Source of the DNA: an uncultured Gemmatimonadales bacterium
GTDB lineage: Bacteria; Gemmatimonadota; Gemmatimonadetes; Gemmatimonadales; Gemmatimonadaceae
Length of the DNA stretch: 64,000 nucleotides
Reading direction: 5' to 3'
NCBI GenBank assembly: GCA_963701965.1
Contig: OY969695.1
Coordinates: 3,840,001-3,904,000, forward strand
How positions within the stretch are numbered: position 1 is the first letter of the stretch; the number at the start of each line of letters is the position of its first letter. Positions 60,339 to 64,000 of this stretch are shown piece after piece. The notes beneath the pieces were generated by a model. That model searched no databases, was not told the DNA's origin, and saw nothing but the letters and a program-made list of their open reading frames with translations. The translations under genes and the position numbers were made by a program.

Positions 60339-60728
60339 CTATCGGCTATCGCTCTCCAGAACAACGACCGCGGCCGCCGTGGCCTCACTGTGGGTCAGGG
60401 TGACCCAGGCCCGGGTCACGCCCAGTTCGGCGGCGCGCCGTTTGGCATGGCCGTGGAGCTCCAGGATAGGCTGCCCATCCTCGCGCACGACGACTTCAAT
60501 GTCCTTCCAATTGATGGCTCGCGCCAGATCGTTGCCCGAAAGCGCTTTGTACGCGGCCTCCTTGGCCGCCAACCGGGCCGCATAGTGGCGCGTGGGATGG
60601 GCGTGGCGACTCGCGTAATCGATCTCGCGAAACGTGAAGAGGCGGCGGAGCGCGCGTTCTTCGTGCAGCGCCACCATCTGCGTGACCCGGGCGATCTCCA
60701 GGAGATCGAGCCCGATCCCGACGATCAC
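60339..60728 (-). CDS. acpS: Holo-ACP synthase
   Basis: IVGIGLDLLEI, AARLAAKEAAYKAL, VTLTHS. GTG start. Confidence 0.9.
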   Translation of the reverse strand: MIVGIGLDLLEIARVTQMVALHEERALRRLFTFREIDYASRHAHPTRHYAARLAAKEAAYKALSGNDLARAINWKDIEVVVREDGQPILELHGHAKRRAAELGVTRAWVTLTHSEATAAAVVVLESDSR

Positions 60729-61465
60729 TTCCGGCCGCCGAATCGGCGTCGCACTGCGCGCGGTCCCAGCACCGAGCCGATCGCGGCCAGCCAACACTGG
60801 TCGGCCGCGCGAAACACGTCGCGGTAGGCGCCGGCCCATTCGCGCCAGCGCACGAACCGGACATCATCGGCTGCTTCGCGGACCGCATCGGCGGCGGCGC
60901 CGAGCGCGTCCAGGGACGAGACGACGGGCTGCGCGAGGTCGGCCATCTCGGCCTCCATCGCGCGGCGGTCCGCCGGCTGCTTCGGGTATCGCTCGGCGGC
61001 CAGCTCGCGCACCGTCGTGCCCACCGCCCCGGCGAGCGCGCCCGGATCGACCGCGGCCAGCCGGGCCATCGGGTCGGCTGCGCGCGCCGCCGCCCGGCGG
61101 GCGGCGAGAAACGGGCCGAAGAACCGGTCATGGTCCACGCCGGGCCGTGCCCGGGAAGACCCCAAGGCTCGCAACGGAACCGTCAGCTCGGGAATGGTGC
61201 ACGATCGGGCGACGATCTCCCGGCCGATGGCGTCGAGTCCACCGGGCGCCGTCAACTCGATCACATCGCCGGACCCATGAAAGAGCGTGAGATGATCCGA
61301 ACGCACATGAGCGCCGTCCAGCTGGTCGACTGGCACTGTGACTCGTCCGCCCGCGGACGCCAACAACACGGCGTCGCCCGACAGGGCGATCGTGCCCGGC
61401 CCGGCGATCTCGGTGCCCCGCCAGAGGGCCCAGATGGTGACCGCGGCCGGCGCCGGATCAGGCAT
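60725..61465 (-). CDS. Hypothetical protein
   Basis: Fills the operon gap with overlaps at both ends and GC3-rich codons. No recognised motif. Confidence 0.6.
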   Translation of the reverse strand: MPDPAPAAVTIWALWRGTEIAGPGTIALSGDAVLLASAGGRVTVPVDQLDGAHVRSDHLTLFHGSGDVIELTAPGGLDAIGREIVARSCTIPELTVPLRALGSSRARPGVDHDRFFGPFLAARRAAARAADPMARLAAVDPGALAGAVGTTVRELAAERYPKQPADRRAMEAEMADLAQPVVSSLDALGAAADAVREAADDVRFVRWREWAGAYRDVFRAADQCWLAAIGSVLGPRAVRRRFGGRK

Positions 61466-62033
61466 CGTCGAGCTCGCGGTCGCTGAGTGCCGCATCGAGC
61501 CCGGTCCGCTCCTCGAAGCGCGCCACGAAGTCCAGCAGGCGCTCTTCGCTGAACGCCGAGCGCGCAATCCCCGTGAGCCCGATCGCGCGCTCAATGGCAT
61601 CGGGAGGGCCCTCGACCTCCAGCAACACGTCCATCCGGGGATACCGCTCGAATCGCACCGACGCTCCCGCCACCGTGTATTGACGGATGTCCCGGTCGAC
61701 CTGGCGCACGACGACGAGTCCCACCCGCTCGAGGATTTGCTCCAGCGCCTCGGGATCGCCCGCGCTCGTCGACAGCTCCTCGCGAACCTTGTAACCGTCC
61801 TCGGTCGCCGACGGTCCCTTCCAGTCGAACTCGGCGTGGGGCGCCACGCCGCCGTCCGGGCGATACACGCGGAGGCGCAACACAATGTCGCGACGGGCAA
61901 ATCTCCCATCCCGCATGTCGTAGCGCCGGTCCTCCATTCGCCCGGTGTAGACGAGGACGGCGCCCGCCGCTTCGAGGCGCGCCCGCGTCCCGGTCTCGTC
62001 GCCGACGACGGCCTTGAGCTCGACCTCGATCAC
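61458..62033 (-). CDS. CYTH domain protein (class IV adenylate cyclase-like)
   Basis: EVELK (ExExK), LRLR, WKGP, YKVREE, LEVEG. Confidence 0.85.
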   Translation of the reverse strand: MIEVELKAVVGDETGTRARLEAAGAVLVYTGRMEDRRYDMRDGRFARRDIVLRLRVYRPDGGVAPHAEFDWKGPSATEDGYKVREELSTSAGDPEALEQILERVGLVVVRQVDRDIRQYTVAGASVRFERYPRMDVLLEVEGPPDAIERAIGLTGIARSAFSEERLLDFVARFEERTGLDAALSDRELDDA

Positions 62034-62725
62034 TGGGACAGCAGCGCCGCCAGGACGGCGTTCGTGTCCGACAGGTCCGGGAACACGGCGGCGGGACGGC
62101 AGGCCGTCAGCTCCTCGACCGTGTAGCGCCCGGTCGCCACAGCCACCGCGCGGGCGCCCAGTGGCGCGCCGCAAGCCACGTCGGCCGGCGTGTCGCCAAT
62201 GATCACCAGCGCATCGCCGGCGATCTGGACCCCGAAACAATGGCGGGCGCGGGCGACCGCCACCGCCGGCAGCTCGGAGCGGACTTCGTGATCGGAGCCG
62301 AAGGCGCCGATTACGAACCGCAATGGATCGAGGCCGACGGCGCGTAGCTTGGACGCCGCGCCGGGCTCAATGTTGCCGGTCAGGAGCCCGAGGATGACAT
62401 CATCGCGCGACTCCAACGCCGCGAGCAAGGCATGAACCCCCGGGTATACGCTCGGCGGATGGCTGGGGTCGGCCAGCTCGACGTGCAGATGGTCTACGTA
62501 GCGCGCCAGCGTCTGGTCCAGCCGCGCGTCGATCGTCGCGTCGGAGTGGCCTTCGTGTCGCATGAGGTCGCGGACGATCTGCTTGTCGGTCTTGCCGTCG
62601 AACCAATAGTCGGCCGGTCCGACCGTCCCGAAGATCGCGCGCAGGGCGCTGTGAATCGCCCGCCGGCCCGACCCCGCGGCGGATAAGAGCGTGCCATCGA
62701 TATCGAACAGGACGAGGCGCTTCAC
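62030..62725 (-). CDS. HAD family hydrolase
   Basis: LFDIDGTL, GKTD, LTGN, IGDTPADV. Confidence 0.9.
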   Translation of the reverse strand: MKRLVLFDIDGTLLSAAGSGRRAIHSALRAIFGTVGPADYWFDGKTDKQIVRDLMRHEGHSDATIDARLDQTLARYVDHLHVELADPSHPPSVYPGVHALLAALESRDDVILGLLTGNIEPGAASKLRAVGLDPLRFVIGAFGSDHEVRSELPAVAVARARHCFGVQIAGDALVIIGDTPADVACGAPLGARAVAVATGRYTVEELTACRPAAVFPDLSDTNAVLAALLSQ

Positions 62726-63561
62726 GGCGTGAGAGTGAAAGGTTCCGGCGCAGCGTCGACGCCGGCAAACGTCCCGATCGCCGAGTAGCGACCGGGTTCG
62801 AGGCCGTACACCGCCCGCTGGTACAAATCGAACACGTACCGGCGTGTGGCGCCGGCTTGGCCGGCCGGCGCGAACGTCACGTAGGGGGCGTCCTTGTCTT
62901 CTCCCATGTATCCGCCCGGGCCGCCGGGTGACAGCGACACCAGCCGCACTTCGTACGAATCCTTGCTGGTGATGGCGACGCGAACGGCGCGTGGAGACGG
63001 GTTCGTCGCGCTCACCGTCGCGGTGAACCACCCACCATCGGTGGTGGACGTCTCCGTATCGGGCGCGATGAGCGTCGTGATGCGCATCGCCGCGGCACCG
63101 ACGACGGGCGCCGCGGTCGACGTATCCGGTGGACCCCCGGCATCGGTCACGCATCGCTCGATGCAGGCGACGATATCCCCGCAGTGGTCGAGGAATTGGT
63201 CGCGGGGATGCCCCGGCACCCGCAGCAGGGCGTGCAGCATCTCATGCCGCACGAGGGCGCCGTCGCCGTAGGACTCCGCGGCGATGACGATACGATTGCC
63301 GTCGCTGTACCAGGCGCCATTGACCGTCTCCCCTTCGAGGGAGAACGACGTGGCGCCGGGCACATAGTACCACTGGACCGCGCTCGGGTCGCCGGTGCGC
63401 CCCGAGCATTGCTCGGTGAGGGTCCACCATGCGCCGTATTGTGACGGAGGCGTCATGGGCACGGCGCCCGCCGGTAATCCGGTGATGCTCTGGCTATCGC
63501 AGCCGAGCGACCAGAGCGCGGCCAGAATGGCCGCGCGCACAGGACGACGCGGGGAACGCAA
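62722..63561 (-). CDS. Hypothetical lipoprotein with HExxH motif
   Basis: Lipobox SLGC, RHEMLHALL...GH. Confidence 0.6.
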   Translation of the reverse strand: MRSPRRPVRAAILAALWSLGCDSQSITGLPAGAVPMTPPSQYGAWWTLTEQCSGRTGDPSAVQWYYVPGATSFSLEGETVNGAWYSDGNRIVIAAESYGDGALVRHEMLHALLRVPGHPRDQFLDHCGDIVACIERCVTDAGGPPDTSTAAPVVGAAAMRITTLIAPDTETSTTDGGWFTATVSATNPSPRAVRVAITSKDSYEVRLVSLSPGGPGGYMGEDKDAPYVTFAPAGQAGATRRYVFDLYQRAVYGLEPGRYSAIGTFAGVDAAPEPFTLTP

Positions 63562-63567
63562 CGGACA

Positions 63568-64000
63568 CTACTTGGTGATCGGCGTGCATCCGTCGTTGCG
63601 GGACGTATCGGCAACGTGGAAGATCTTCCACCCGTCGCCGCCCTTCTGCAACAGGAACGCGTCGACGCCGCAGTGGTTGATCTGCGTCTCGCCGCCGCGC
63701 GTCAACGTATAGTAGGTCCAGAGCGACGCCATCGGTCCGTCGATCTCGACCTTGGGATCCTTGATTTGCTCGTTCCCGCCCGGGCCCGTTCCCTTGCCGA
63801 CCCGATCAATGAATTGGTCAATGGAGCTCGGCGCGCTCACGCCATCCGGCCCGCCGGCCCGCTGCAGGGTCGTATTGGGCGATACGGTCGACCGCATCAT
63901 CGCGGTGTCGCGTGTCCGCATGCCATCAAAGAACCGCGTGACGACCTTAATGACATCTTGCCGGTCGGACTGCGCGTGCGCTGGCGCCGCCGCGAGGCTC
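63568..64000 (-). CDS. NTF2-like (lumazine-binding/SnoaL-like) secreted protein, 5' end outside window
   Basis: Frame open to the window edge: AHAQSDRQDVIKVVTRFFDGM...ASLWTYY...HCGVDAFLL...WKI. Confidence 0.72.
   Translation of the reverse strand, partial: SLAAAPAHAQSDRQDVIKVVTRFFDGMRTRDTAMMRSTVSPNTTLQRAGGPDGVSAPSSIDQFIDRVGKGTGPGGNEQIKDPKVEIDGPMASLWTYYTLTRGGETQINHCGVDAFLLQKGGDGWKIFHVADTSRNDGCTPITK

Noticed and set aside
151..63712. Many long alternative-frame and antisense ORFs (e.g. 6354-8009 minus, 23022-25085 minus, 36099-37940 plus, 51872-54046 minus)
   Set aside because: They overlap well-supported genes, are Arg/Ala/Gly/Pro-rich and have no motifs. This is the expected shadow of high-GC codon usage.
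1..64000. CRISPR array, tRNA, rRNA, prophage, integrase or defence island
   Set aside because: No spaced direct repeats, cloverleaf or rRNA signatures, or matching genes were recognised by eye. Short or divergent RNAs could have been missed.

Overview
GC-rich bacterial chromosomal window (roughly 68-70% GC by eye) with about 55 genes and mostly core or envelope content. Gene complement and style suggest Gemmatimonadota, but that is inference. From left to right: (1) an exopolysaccharide locus (UbiA-type prenyltransferase, priming sugar transferase, SLBB export protein, Wzc kinase) with a divergent sigma54 activator/kinase pair; (2) gltA; (3) a GT2 / two GT-C / MBOAT glycosylation cluster; (4) a SAM-II-riboswitch-led operon (ThrC-like PLP enzyme, MoaD/CysO-like sulfur carrier, MoeZ, methyltransferase) divergent from a cysteine synthase; (5) AAA+/VWA genes, a molybdopterin oxidoreductase and a Met-rich lipoprotein; (6) glcDEF and a GH18-deacetylase-GT2 fusion; (7) a sigma70 factor, aroB, pduO, a Ser/Thr kinase, FNR and peptide ABC genes; (8) a TamA/TamB envelope operon; (9) a cytochrome c-FTR1 iron permease and acpS. 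Best candidate for a novel system: the riboswitch-controlled sulfur-carrier operon, probably a protein-thiocarboxylate route to homocysteine/methionine. Its SAM-II aptamer appears to carry a variant ligand-pocket base and is followed by a terminator-like element. Other notable signals: three +1 frameshifts in near-identical sequence context (probably artefacts), frequent -10 boxes directly before start codons, and an NtrC-family protein lacking GAFTGA. No rRNA, tRNA, CRISPR array or intact transposase was seen.
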